A stretch of 64,000 nucleotides of DNA, taken from positions 303,272 through 367,271 of the forward strand of contig CAZKRD010000001.1 of assembly GCA_964555185.1 (NCBI GenBank), read 5' to 3'. The notes beneath the pieces were generated by a model. That model was not told the DNA's origin. It did not search any database and was given only the letters and a program-made list of their open reading frames with translations. The DNA is from an uncultured Candidatus Saccharibacteria bacterium (lineage in GTDB: Bacteria > Patescibacteriota > JAQUNI01). A program made the position numbers and the translations under genes. This document shows, in pieces, positions 36,474 to 44,456 of this stretch. Positions within the stretch are counted from its first letter, which is position 1; every line of letters begins with the position of its first letter.

Positions 36474-38373
36474 GCTGAAAAAAAAGTTTTTGCGTTTTTT
36501 TAGAAATAAGGGTCATGTGATCATCCCCTCGGCTTCTTTGATTCCAGAGCATGATCCGAGTGTTTTGTTCACAAGCGCGGGAATGCATCCTTTAGTTCCC
36601 TATCTTTTGGGCGAACCGCATCCGGAAGGCCGGAAATTAACTGACGTTCAAAAATGCGTTCGGACGGGCGACATTGACGTTGTGGGTGATGCCTGGCATT
36701 TGACTTTTTTTGAGATGCTCGGGAATTGGAGCCTTGGTGACTATTTTAAAGAAGAGGCAATTGTAATGGCTTGGGAGTTTTTAACCTCTCAAAAGTGGCT
36801 GGGCCTTGATCCGGAAAGGCTTTCTGTTTCTGTTTTTGCAGGTGACAACGATGCTCCGCGCGATAATGAAGCGGCCAAGATTTGGCAAAAGGTCGGCATG
36901 CCAAAAAAGAGAATCTATTATTACCCCAAATCTGAAAATTGGTGGGGTCCAGCCGGCAAGATTGGGCCTTGCGGTCCGGATACGGAAATATTTTTCGACA
37001 GTGGGAAAGAGCCTTGCGGAGAAAAGTGCGAACCCAAATGTATTTGTGACAAATACACCGAGATCTGGAATTTGGTTTTTATGCAATACGATAAAAAGAT
37101 CAAAGATCAACCTTCGAGTCCTGAGCCTCAGGTCGAGGGAAAATCAAAGATCAAAAATGCAAATCAAAGATCAAAAATGCAAGAAATTAAGACTATTTAT
37201 GAATATGTTCCGCTTAACCAGAAGAACATTGATACAGGAATGGGGCTTGAGCGGACAATCGCGATTTTAAACGGAAAAGATAATATTTATCAGACCGATT
37301 TATTTAAACCCTTGATTGATAAGCTCACAGAGCTTTTAGAGGGCCGGATAATAAAAAAAGACAGCGAGGATTTAAGGTCGATGCGGATTATTGCCGACCA
37401 TATCCGCGCCGCGGTTTTTATTTTAGCCGAAGGGATCACCCCTTCCAACCTTGATCAGGGCTATGTTTTGCGCCGTTTAATCCGAAGAGCAATCAGAAAA
37501 ACAAGCTCGCTTAAACTGGAGAAAGGATCTCTTTTAAAACTTGCCAAGATTGTGATTGATCAATACAAACAGGATTATTCAAGGCTCTTTGAGAACAAAG
37601 ATTTTATTCGCAAGGAGCTTTCCCGCGAGGAGGAGAAGTTTAAGAAGCCGCTAAAATGGGTGGAGCAGTATCGGAGCGATCTTCGCGAAGCGATAGAGCA
37701 TGATCTGATTAAGAAAATCAAAGATGCGCCGATCCTCTCGGCTTCCGGCGAGGCTTCCGGCCAGTATGTTTATGAAAATTATCAGACCTACGGCGTGCCT
37801 CCTGATTTGAGCGAGGAGATAATTCGCGAGCTTGGTTTGAAATACAACAAGCGGGAATTTGAGCGAGCTTTTAAAAAACACCAGGCCCTTTCACGGAAAG
37901 GGAGCGCGGAGAAATTTCAAGGCGGGCTTGCTGACGCCAAAGAAGCGACAATCAAATACCACACCGCGACCCATCTTTTGCATCAAGCGCTTCGTCAGGT
38001 CTTGGGAGATCATGTGGAACAGCGAGGGAGCAATATTACGGCCGAGCGCTTGCGCTTTGACTTCTCCCATCCCAAGAAAGTGGAAGCAGAAGAACTAAAA
38101 GAAGTAGAAGAGATTGTGAACAAAAAGATTAAAGAGAAACTTTCCATCAAATGCGAAGAGATGAGCCCGGAAGAAGCAAAAAAGCAGGGTGCGATAGGAC
38201 TCTTTGGCCGCAAATACGGCGATAAAATCAAGGTTTACACAATAGGAGAGTTCTCTAAAGAAATCTGCGGCGGCCCGCATATCAAAAACACCAAGGAACT
38301 TGGCAAATTCAAAATCATCAAAGAAGAATCCTCCTCCGCAGGCATCCGCAGAATCAAAGCGACTTTAGAATAA
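36460..38373 (+). CDS. alaS: Alanine--tRNA ligase (short form, no C-terminal C-Ala/DHHA1 domain)
   Basis: Class II catalytic core FTSAGMHPLVPYLLG and WHLTFFEMLGNWSLGDYFK, IDTGMGLER, and the editing-domain HTATHLLHQAL motif. 637 aa, versus about 870 for a full-length AlaS. It contains an in-frame repeat-derived insertion at 37097-37185. Confidence 0.85.
   Translation: MESSELKKKFLRFFRNKGHVIIPSASLIPEHDPSVLFTSAGMHPLVPYLLGEPHPEGRKLTDVQKCVRTGDIDVVGDAWHLTFFEMLGNWSLGDYFKEEAIVMAWEFLTSQKWLGLDPERLSVSVFAGDNDAPRDNEAAKIWQKVGMPKKRIYYYPKSENWWGPAGKIGPCGPDTEIFFDSGKEPCGEKCEPKCICDKYTEIWNLVFMQYDKKIKDQPSSPEPQVEGKSKIKNANQRSKMQEIKTIYEYVPLNQKNIDTGMGLERTIAILNGKDNIYQTDLFKPLIDKLTELLEGRIIKKDSEDLRSMRIIADHIRAAVFILAEGITPSNLDQGYVLRRLIRRAIRKTSSLKLEKGSLLKLAKIVIDQYKQDYSRLFENKDFIRKELSREEEKFKKPLKWVEQYRSDLREAIEHDLIKKIKDAPILSASGEASGQYVYENYQTYGVPPDLSEEIIRELGLKYNKREFERAFKKHQALSRKGSAEKFQGGLADAKEATIKYHTATHLLHQALRQVLGDHVEQRGSNITAERLRFDFSHPKKVEAEELKEVEEIVNKKIKEKLSIKCEEMSPEEAKKQGAIGLFGRKYGDKIKVYTIGEFSKEICGGPHIKNTKELGKFKIIKEESSSAGIRRIKATLE
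37141..37180 (+). repeat. In-frame 20-bp tandem duplication (aaatcaaagatcaaaaatgc x2) inside alaS
   Basis: Part of an insertion of about 90 bp (37097-37185) that encodes ...QPSSPEPQVEGKSKIKNANQRSKMQEIK... in the AlaS loop preceding IDTGMGLER. Confidence 0.7.
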
Positions 38374-38433
38374 TCCTCCTGTAGGGGCAGCCCCTCGTGG
38401 CTGCCCTCTCCAACACCACCCACGACAATTACC

Positions 38434-38505
38434 CGGGGATTGGCCTAATGGTAAGGCGCACGATTCGGGTTCGTGAGACTCCGGGTTCAAATCCCGGATC
38501 CCCGA
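38434..38505 (+). tRNA. tRNA-Pro (anticodon CGG); CCA not encoded
   Basis: Hand-folded. Acceptor stem CGGGGAT/ATCCCCG (7 bp). D arm gcct-aatggta-aggc. Anticodon stem cacga/tcgtg with loop ttCGGgt (U33, G37). Variable loop agact. T arm ccggg-ttcaaat-cccgg. Discriminator A. Confidence 0.8.
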
Positions 38506-38515
38506 CAAAGGTGAT

Positions 38516-38588
38516 GATCAAGTCTTGCTTTTTGGTATTTTAAGAAAAACTAAAACATCAAAATATAAGATTTGATCTCATTTATCCT
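38516..38588 (+). repeat. Island repeat family A, copy 1 (immediately 3' of tRNA-Pro)
   Basis: gatcaagtcttgctttttggtattttaagaaaaactaaaacatcaaaatataagatttgatctcatttatcc. Related copies start at 41545, 45031 and 51906, with a partial copy at 46001. Confidence 0.6.
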
Positions 38589-38637
38589 TTCCTAGACCAT
38601 TGAAAAAAACTTCAAAAAAAAGGTAAATTAAAATAAT

Positions 38638-39324
38638 ATGCCACCATCTGGAAAACACAAAGCCGAAGGCCACAGAAAGCGACTCAGAGAAAGGTTTTTA
38701 CAGGGCGGATTTGATGGTTTTCTTGATTATGAAATAGTAGAGTTGCTTTTAACTTTGGGTACTCCTAGAAAAGACTGTAAACAAATGGCAAAAGAGGCGA
38801 TAAAAAAGTTTGGAGGATTGCGGGCCGTGCTTGATGCTCAGTCTGAAGAATTGCAGCAGATTAAAGGCATCGGCCCTTTTAATGTTTTTGGTATCAAGCT
38901 TTTTCAGGCGGTATCCGAACGTTACGCCAAAGAACAGATACCGAAAAAAATTACACTTAATACGTCAGAAGCAGTAGCTAGTTTTTTACAAAAATCTATT
39001 GGCCGAGAAAAGAAAGAGCACTTTGTTATGTTATCTTTAGACGCGCATAATAATTTGATCAAGATTAGTAATATATCCACTGGTTCGTTGACCGCGAGTA
39101 TTGTCCATCCACGGGAAGTTTTTAAGGAAGCAATTAAAGCTTCTTCCGCGCAAATTATAGTTGCCCATAATCACCCATCAGGAGATACTGAACCTTCTCC
39201 GGAGGATGTCGCGCTTACTAGGCGACTTGAAGAAGCGGCCAAAATATTTGGCATCGGACTTCTTGATCATCTTATTATTACCAAAGATAAATTTTCTAGC
39301 TTAAAAGAACAAAATTTAATGTAA
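38638..39324 (+). CDS. RadC-like JAB/MPN-domain protein
   Basis: 228 aa. The HhH-like N-terminus and C-terminal JAMM-like motif IIVAHNHPSGDTEPSPEDVALTRRL are characteristic of the RadC/UPF0758 family. Confidence 0.7.
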   Translation: MPPSGKHKAEGHRKRLRERFLQGGFDGFLDYEIVELLLTLGTPRKDCKQMAKEAIKKFGGLRAVLDAQSEELQQIKGIGPFNVFGIKLFQAVSERYAKEQIPKKITLNTSEAVASFLQKSIGREKKEHFVMLSLDAHNNLIKISNISTGSLTASIVHPREVFKEAIKASSAQIIVAHNHPSGDTEPSPEDVALTRRLEEAAKIFGIGLLDHLIITKDKFSSLKEQNLM

Positions 39325-39328
39325 ATTT

Positions 39329-39676
39329 ATGTCCGATATAAAAAATCTTACAGAAAAAATTAATAAATTTCGGGATGAGCGAGATTGGAAGCAATTCCAT
39401 AATCCTAAAGATGTTGCACTCTCCCTTGCTTTAGAGGCGGCAGAGGTTATTGAACATTTTCAATGGAAGAATAATCAAGAAGTAGCCAAGTATATTAAGA
39501 GCAATAAAGATGATATAGGAGAAGAGCTAGCAGACGTATTGTATTGGGTTTTACTTATGTCTCACGATCTTGAAATAGATATAAAGGAGGCGCTCGAAAA
39601 AAAGATTGCAAAAAATGAAAAAAAGTATCCCATAGACAAATCAAAGGGCAAGCACAATAAATACAACAAACTTTAA
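39329..39676 (+). CDS. MazG-like nucleotide pyrophosphohydrolase
   Basis: 115 aa. EAAEVIEHFQWK...EELADVLYWVLLMSHDLEIDIKEALEKKIAKNEKKY fits the all-alpha MazG/NTP-PPase fold with the EExxD/E motif. The start is 4 nt after the RadC stop. Confidence 0.7.
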   Translation: MSDIKNLTEKINKFRDERDWKQFHNPKDVALSLALEAAEVIEHFQWKNNQEVAKYIKSNKDDIGEELADVLYWVLLMSHDLEIDIKEALEKKIAKNEKKYPIDKSKGKHNKYNKL

Positions 39677-39679
39677 ATT

Positions 39680-41539
39680 ATGATCCTGTATGAAAATACA
39701 ATAGAGCATTTTAACGAAGATGTAATGCAAAATTGCGTTGCGGATCGTGCGGCTGAAAAATACCGAGCATATTATAATAGGGATCCTGGTAATTCCGAGT
39801 ATCGGTCTTGGAGAAACTCACTTGCCATTCTAAATAATAGTTTTATCTATGCCGGATTAAAAAATAACCATATAATTATAGAATATGAACTTCCTTATTC
39901 ATCACGCAGAATTGATGTTTTGCTTTTTGGAAATGATCCTGATGGAGAAGAAAATATTGTCATGATGGAACTCAAGCAATGGTCGAATGAAAACGTTGAA
40001 GACTCTGCATCAGAAGGTAATGTAATTGTTGATTACGGGAAATTCAAAAAAGAACAAGTGCACCCTGCGTTGCAAGTGCAGGGATATCATTTTGGTTTAA
40101 AAGATTTTCTTGGAATTTTTGAACAAAAAAACGCTCCAGAGCTAAGTTCATGTGCATATGCACATAATTATTCAAAAGAAGATAGCACTGTTCTTTTTTT
40201 ACCTAAATTTTCTAGTACAATCAAGACATTTCCTTTATTTGCGAAGGAAGATGCTGTTGAATTGGGGCGGTATCTTAAAGATCGACTTCAAGGTGGCGGT
40301 GGGAAAATAATCTTTGAGCGTTTTGCAAGAAGCGCAATTAAGCCATCTAAAAGACTTCTTGATCATACGTCAGAGATGATAAATGAACAGCAAATTTTTA
40401 ATTTAATTGATGAGCAAATTACTGCCTATAATGCGATAATGCACAAAGCCAAACAGCTTGCGAAAACAAAGCAGAAAGCTGTAGTCATAGTAAAAGGTGG
40501 TCCAGGTACGGGAAAATCTGTGATAGCATTAGAAGTTATGGGAGAACTTTTACGACAAGGGAAAAGGGTTATGCATGCCACAGGATCATCCGCGTTTACA
40601 AATACATTAAGGAAGATAGTGGGTATGCGAGCAAGAAATCTCTTTAAATTTTTTAATAGCTTTATTGCAACGGAGCCAGATTCTTTTGATGTGCTTATTT
40701 GTGATGAAGCCCATCGTATAAGAGAATCGAGCATGAGTAGATATACTCCAAGGGCTCAAAGAACAAATTTGCCTCAGATAGATGAATTGCTAAGAGTAGC
40801 AAAATTAAATATTTTCTTTTTAGATGAGCATCAAATCGTACGGCCAAGTGAAATTGGCGGCATTGCGATGCTTAAGGAGGCCGTTAAACGTTTTGGTATT
40901 AATGATAAAAATGTAGCTGAATTTGAATTAAAAACACAATTTCGTTGTTCTGGATCAGATGCTTATTTACAATGGCTTGATCATGTTTTAAGGATTCGTG
41001 ATACGGAAATGAGAGAGTTTGATGCAAAAATGGAATTTCGTATTTTCGATAACCCTTCAGATATGATGTCTGAAATTCGAAAGAGGAACAAGGAAACATC
41101 AAACTCAGCTCGCATAGCAGCGGGGTTTTGTTGGCCTTGGAGCAAACCAAACCCGGAAGGTTCATTAGTAAAAGATGTAAAAATTGGAAATTTTGCAATG
41201 CCATGGGAGAAGAAAGATCAATTTTGGAAATGGGCAACAGATGATTCAGGCATGGAACAGGTTGGTACTATATATACGGCTCAGGGATTTGAATTTGATT
41301 ATATTGCTGTAATTTTCGGTAACGATTTAGTTTTTGATCCGGTTGAAAATAAATGGCAGGCAGTGCCGGAGAATTCTCATGATACACAAGTAAAACGCAA
41401 TAACCCAAATCTCACGAATCATTTAAAAAACGTTTATCGCGTGCTTCTTTCTCGGGCCCATAAGGGCGTGTATGTTTATTTTATGGATAAAGATACAGAA
41501 AAATATTTTAAGAGTTATTTACCGGAAATAAAATCATGA
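39680..41539 (+). CDS. DUF2075-type nuclease-helicase (N-terminal PD-(D/E)xK nuclease plus P-loop SF1-like ATPase)
   Basis: 619 aa. N-terminal PD-(D/E)xK-like motif IEYELPYSSRRIDVLLFG...IVMMELKQWS; Walker A KGGPGTGKSVIALEV; DEAH-like ICDEAHRI. The start is 3 nt after the MazG stop, so the three genes look like one operon. Confidence 0.65.
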   Translation: MILYENTIEHFNEDVMQNCVADRAAEKYRAYYNRDPGNSEYRSWRNSLAILNNSFIYAGLKNNHIIIEYELPYSSRRIDVLLFGNDPDGEENIVMMELKQWSNENVEDSASEGNVIVDYGKFKKEQVHPALQVQGYHFGLKDFLGIFEQKNAPELSSCAYAHNYSKEDSTVLFLPKFSSTIKTFPLFAKEDAVELGRYLKDRLQGGGGKIIFERFARSAIKPSKRLLDHTSEMINEQQIFNLIDEQITAYNAIMHKAKQLAKTKQKAVVIVKGGPGTGKSVIALEVMGELLRQGKRVMHATGSSAFTNTLRKIVGMRARNLFKFFNSFIATEPDSFDVLICDEAHRIRESSMSRYTPRAQRTNLPQIDELLRVAKLNIFFLDEHQIVRPSEIGGIAMLKEAVKRFGINDKNVAEFELKTQFRCSGSDAYLQWLDHVLRIRDTEMREFDAKMEFRIFDNPSDMMSEIRKRNKETSNSARIAAGFCWPWSKPNPEGSLVKDVKIGNFAMPWEKKDQFWKWATDDSGMEQVGTIYTAQGFEFDYIAVIFGNDLVFDPVENKWQAVPENSHDTQVKRNNPNLTNHLKNVYRVLLSRAHKGVYVYFMDKDTEKYFKSYLPEIKS

Positions 41540-41544
41540 AAGAG

Positions 41545-41632
41545 AATTGATGGTCAAATTTTACTTTCTGACATTTTAAGAAAGATTAAAACATCAAAAT
41601 ACAAAATTTAAGCCTATTTATCTGGCCCCATT
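41545..41632 (+). repeat. Island repeat family A, copy 2
   Basis: aattgatggtcaaatttt...cattttaagaaagattaaaacatcaaaatacaaaatttaagcctatttatc. It shares the gattgatggtcaa prefix with copy 4 and starts 6 nt after the DUF2075 stop. Confidence 0.55.
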
Positions 41633-41781
41633 CTCTCCCTTTGTCATCTCCGACTTGATCGGAGATCCAGGGTTTTAGAGCAAGAATCCTGGATTCCCGC
41701 TTTCGCGGGAATGACAAGCGTGTCGTGGCTTCACAGGATTCCTTCCAAGTTTCTCCGACTATGGAGTATTTGTACACATAT

Positions 41782-41810
41782 AAAAAAACAGAGTCGACCC
41801 CATTTTGCAC
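41782..41810 (+). repeat. Repeat family C motif AAAAAACAGAGTCGACCCCATTTTGCAC, copy 1
   Basis: Related copies start at 44390, 45004, 47440 and 54951; a degenerate second copy lies at 41820-41845. Confidence 0.55.
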
Positions 41811-41927
41811 TAGCTAGGGAAAAACAGAGCCGGTCCCATTTCATCAATTTGGTGCGGGGGGAGGTGAGATCTAGGGTTGGAATCTCCAAAAATGTTATAA
41901 TAAAGATAAGTTTTTCAATAAATAAGC

Positions 41928-41987
41928 AAAAATGGGGTTAGGTCTTGAATAGTGAATTGTTAAAATCAGAAATGTCTCCATTTTTTT
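41928..41987 (+). repeat. MITE-like element family B, copy 1 (forward, 3' truncated)
   Basis: aaaaatggggttaggtcttgaatagtgaattgttaaaatcagaaatgtctccattttttt. Inverted termini: AAAAATGGGG / CTCCATTTTT. Confidence 0.6.
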
Positions 41988-41999
41988 AAAAATTTCGTT

Positions 42000-42377
42000 A
42001 TGATACAAATTGATACAATTTATAATCGTTATGGAGAACCGAGATTGCGATTACGCAGCAATGGTCGTTTGGTTGATTTTTCTGGACGAAATATCGGATT
42101 TTTAAGTGGAGATAATCTTTATAATGATGAAGGTCGCCATGTTGGTTGGTATGAAGGAGGTATAATGAGAGATCATGGGGGTTTTTGTACGGGCTTCGGG
42201 GAAAATGTGACTGACCAACTTCATCCCCTGCTTCCTGTGCGACAATTGAAGCCTGTTCCAGCTTTACCCCGATTCGAGCCGTTAAGACCCCCAAAGCGTT
42301 TATCCCCATTAAAGCCTTACAAATCTTTTAGATGGTCAAACTTCGACCCGATAGATTTGTTTTTAATGTATGAATAA
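42000..42377 (+). CDS. Hypothetical protein (internal GR.IGFLSGDNLYNDEGRHVGWYEGG repeat-like segment)
   Basis: 125 aa, no recognisable family. It overlaps the next ORF by 8 nt. Confidence 0.35.
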   Translation: MIQIDTIYNRYGEPRLRLRSNGRLVDFSGRNIGFLSGDNLYNDEGRHVGWYEGGIMRDHGGFCTGFGENVTDQLHPLLPVRQLKPVPALPRFEPLRPPKRLSPLKPYKSFRWSNFDPIDLFLMYE

Positions 42378-42801
42378 TATAAGCAAAAAAGGTGAGGGTA
42401 ATAGAAACCAAATCAGCTCAAAGAGTGCCAAGCCCGAACTATCTTTAGGTTATACACAAAGAGATTTAAAAAACCCTGGTGTTGCAAAGGGAATATTGGC
42501 AGAAAATCAAAGGCTCCAAGGAGAGGCAAATCAACTGAAGAAGTCATTAAGGTTAACACAGGACAGTTTTGAGAAGTTAAGGCAAAAATATCATACCAGA
42601 GATAAAGAAAATGCAGTAATGAAAGAGAAGTACTCACTTCTTTCGAGGTTTGAAATTATAAAGTCACTTTCTTTAATCGGCGTTGGTTCGGCGATTTCAT
42701 TTTTAATAGATAAAAAATATTTAACAGCGGCGGCGACTGGTATTATATCATTCATTCTATTGCTAGTTGTAACACGTAAAGATACTAAGGTAAAAAGATA
42801 A
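42370..42801 (+). CDS. Hypothetical coiled-coil protein with C-terminal TM helix
   Basis: 143 aa; coiled-coil segment then a hydrophobic tail LIGVGSAISFLI...IISFILLLVV. Confidence 0.35.
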   Translation: MNNISKKGEGNRNQISSKSAKPELSLGYTQRDLKNPGVAKGILAENQRLQGEANQLKKSLRLTQDSFEKLRQKYHTRDKENAVMKEKYSLLSRFEIIKSLSLIGVGSAISFLIDKKYLTAAATGIISFILLLVVTRKDTKVKR

Positions 42802-42821
42802 TCTTCTATTGCATTTGAGGG

Positions 42822-42878
42822 GAAATGGGATCAGGTCTTGAATAGTGAATTGTTAAAATCAGAAACGTCCCCGTTTTT
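42822..42878 (+). repeat. MITE-like element family B, copy 2 (forward)
   Basis: ggaaatgggatcaggtcttgaatagtgaattgttaaaatcagaaacgtccccgttttt. Confidence 0.6.
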
Positions 42879-42916
42879 CTTAGCCCTAAAGTTTTAATTG
42901 CGAAATATATTCTCGT

Positions 42917-43390
42917 ATGAAAAAATCAACTATTGATTTATGTGTTTGCATGATACTTTTTAACAAAAAATTTGAATTTTTGCTTGTTAAAAAGTTTCAT
43001 GAAACTGAAAAGATAGGAGGTCTTTGGGTTCTTCCGGGCGGAGGCGGCGGTTTTGCCGATGCCAGAAGTTTTTCAGCTTTGGCAAAGCAAGAGGTGGAGT
43101 ATGATTTGAATGAAAATTATAATAAAAATAAAAAGAAAGGTCAATGGATTAACTTTGAGGTTGAGGAGGGCGCTATTAAAATTTTCAAGACTCAACCTAG
43201 CGAAAAAAAAATTATAATTTATACTTACTGCAACAATTACGAAGGGACTCCCACTCCGAATAATAAGGATATAATAGACTTTCGTTGGTTTCCTATTAAG
43301 AAGATTCGGGAGTTTGGCATGGTTGGGAAAATCGCTTACGGAAATCATTTAGTGATTTATGATTTTTATAGAAAATTTATAGAAATTTAA
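42917..43390 (+). CDS. NUDIX-fold-like protein with degenerate Nudix box (possibly inactive)
   Basis: 157 aa. GGLWVLPGGGGGFADARSFSALAKQEVEYDL resembles the Nudix box GX5EX7REUXEEXGU, but the catalytic E and R are replaced. Confidence 0.35.
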   Translation: MKKSTIDLCVCMILFNKKFEFLLVKKFHETEKIGGLWVLPGGGGGFADARSFSALAKQEVEYDLNENYNKNKKKGQWINFEVEEGAIKIFKTQPSEKKIIIYTYCNNYEGTPTPNNKDIIDFRWFPIKKIREFGMVGKIAYGNHLVIYDFYRKFIEI

Positions 43391-43401
43391 GATGAGAAAT
43401 C

Positions 43402-43436
43402 AAATGGGGACGTTTCTGATTTATTTGGTACAGGTC
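43402..43436 (-). repeat. MITE-like element family B, copy 3 (reverse orientation, partial)
   Basis: aaatggggacgtttctgatttatttggtacaggtc. Confidence 0.4.
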
Positions 43437-43482
43437 GGAAGATCAGAATCAACTAAGATGAAATGAATCAAAAAATTAATCT

Positions 43483-44247
43483 ATGACCAAGCAACCGGCA
43501 CTGGTGGGGATTGTGCCGAGAAAAAATCTCTGGGATGTGATTTGCGAGAAAAGATGGTATCACATCCCGGTGAAGTCGGCTCCCGACAATGTTTCTCTCG
43601 CGGAATTTATCGCCTTTTATTTTCCTAAAATATTCGGCGAAGAGGAAAGATACAAGGTGAATCATTATGCCCAGGTGCGGGCAGTGGATATTGTTAAGAG
43701 AGTCAAGCTTTTCCCAGGGGAGCCAAAACACAAAGGGGCGCATGAAGATTACTTTCAATTTCATCTTGGGGAGATTAAGAGATTGCCGCATCCCATCCCC
43801 AGTAAGAGATGGAGAAGAATTGTTCATATTCCCACCAGTCGTCAAAAATTATTCAGCGCGGAAGAGATTAATGATCTTTACGACACCAGCCCCTTGGAAG
43901 AAAAAGTGTACCGGGAAATGAAGAGACGGCGCATAGACGCCGAAAGACAGGTGTTTGTCCAAGTCGCAGGCCGGGTGTACTGCCTAGACTTTGGAATCTT
44001 TTGTCGCAATGGCGACATAGATGTTGAATGTGATGGTGAGAAATACCATATTTTACCTGATGCCTTAACCAGGGACAGAGAGCGCAACAATCAATTAACC
44101 AGCTTTGGCTGGCATGTTTTGAGGTTTTCGGGAAAAGAAATCAACTGGACTCTGGCAAATTGCTTCAAAGTTATTGAGAAAACGATTAGTAATCTGGGTG
44201 GACTGAGGCAAAAGCTTGATAAGTCGGTTAGTATGTTGTTAAGTTAA
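43483..44247 (+). CDS. Protein with C-terminal DUF559 (Vsr/PD-(D/E)xK-like endonuclease) domain
   Basis: The C-terminus YCLDFGIFCRNGDIDVECDGEKYHILPDALTRDRERNNQLTSFGWHVLRFSGKEI matches the DUF559 pattern D...E.DG..H...D..R...L...GW.VLRF. The N-terminal ~150 aa are unknown. Confidence 0.55.
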   Translation: MTKQPALVGIVPRKNLWDVICEKRWYHIPVKSAPDNVSLAEFIAFYFPKIFGEEERYKVNHYAQVRAVDIVKRVKLFPGEPKHKGAHEDYFQFHLGEIKRLPHPIPSKRWRRIVHIPTSRQKLFSAEEINDLYDTSPLEEKVYREMKRRRIDAERQVFVQVAGRVYCLDFGIFCRNGDIDVECDGEKYHILPDALTRDRERNNQLTSFGWHVLRFSGKEINWTLANCFKVIEKTISNLGGLRQKLDKSVSMLLS

Positions 44248-44283
44248 AACAATGGGTATATTATAAAAAATTAAGGGAATACG

Positions 44284-44364
44284 GGGGCAGGTTTTGTATT
44301 TTGGAAAAAATGGAGACGTTTCTGATTTATTTTTGCTAAATTCACTATTGTATGACCTGACCCC
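44284..44364 (-). repeat. MITE-like element family B, copy 4 (reverse orientation, full length ~81 bp, TIR GGGGYCAGGT/GACCTGACCCC)
   Basis: gggggcaggttttgtattttggaaaaaatggagacgtttctgatttatttttgctaaattcactattgtatgacctgacccc. Confidence 0.65.
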
Positions 44365-44389
44365 GTTTGTTGACCCCATTTGTATCCAT

Positions 44390-44417
44390 AAAAAAACAGA
44401 CTCGACCTCATTTTCCC
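44390..44417 (+). repeat. Repeat family C, copy 2
   Basis: aaaaaaacagactcgacctcattttccc, 40 nt upstream of the GNAT start. Confidence 0.5.
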
Positions 44418-44456
44418 TATAATTAAAGCAGGTTATTCTTTATCAAAATTGTTTGT

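Noticed and set aside
38385-38406. Hairpin GGGCAGCC-cctcgt-GGCTGCCC right after the alaS stop as an intrinsic terminator
   Set aside because: It is a good 8-bp GC stem, but no U-tract follows (tctccaacacc), so it is not called as a terminator; it may be a processing site upstream of tRNA-Pro.
41586-41941. Short ORFs 41586-41810 (-) and 41711-41941 (+) in the 460-bp gap after the DUF2075 gene
   Set aside because: They overlap each other, have no RBS, and span repeat family A and C copies. The region is better explained as repeat plus structured non-coding sequence.
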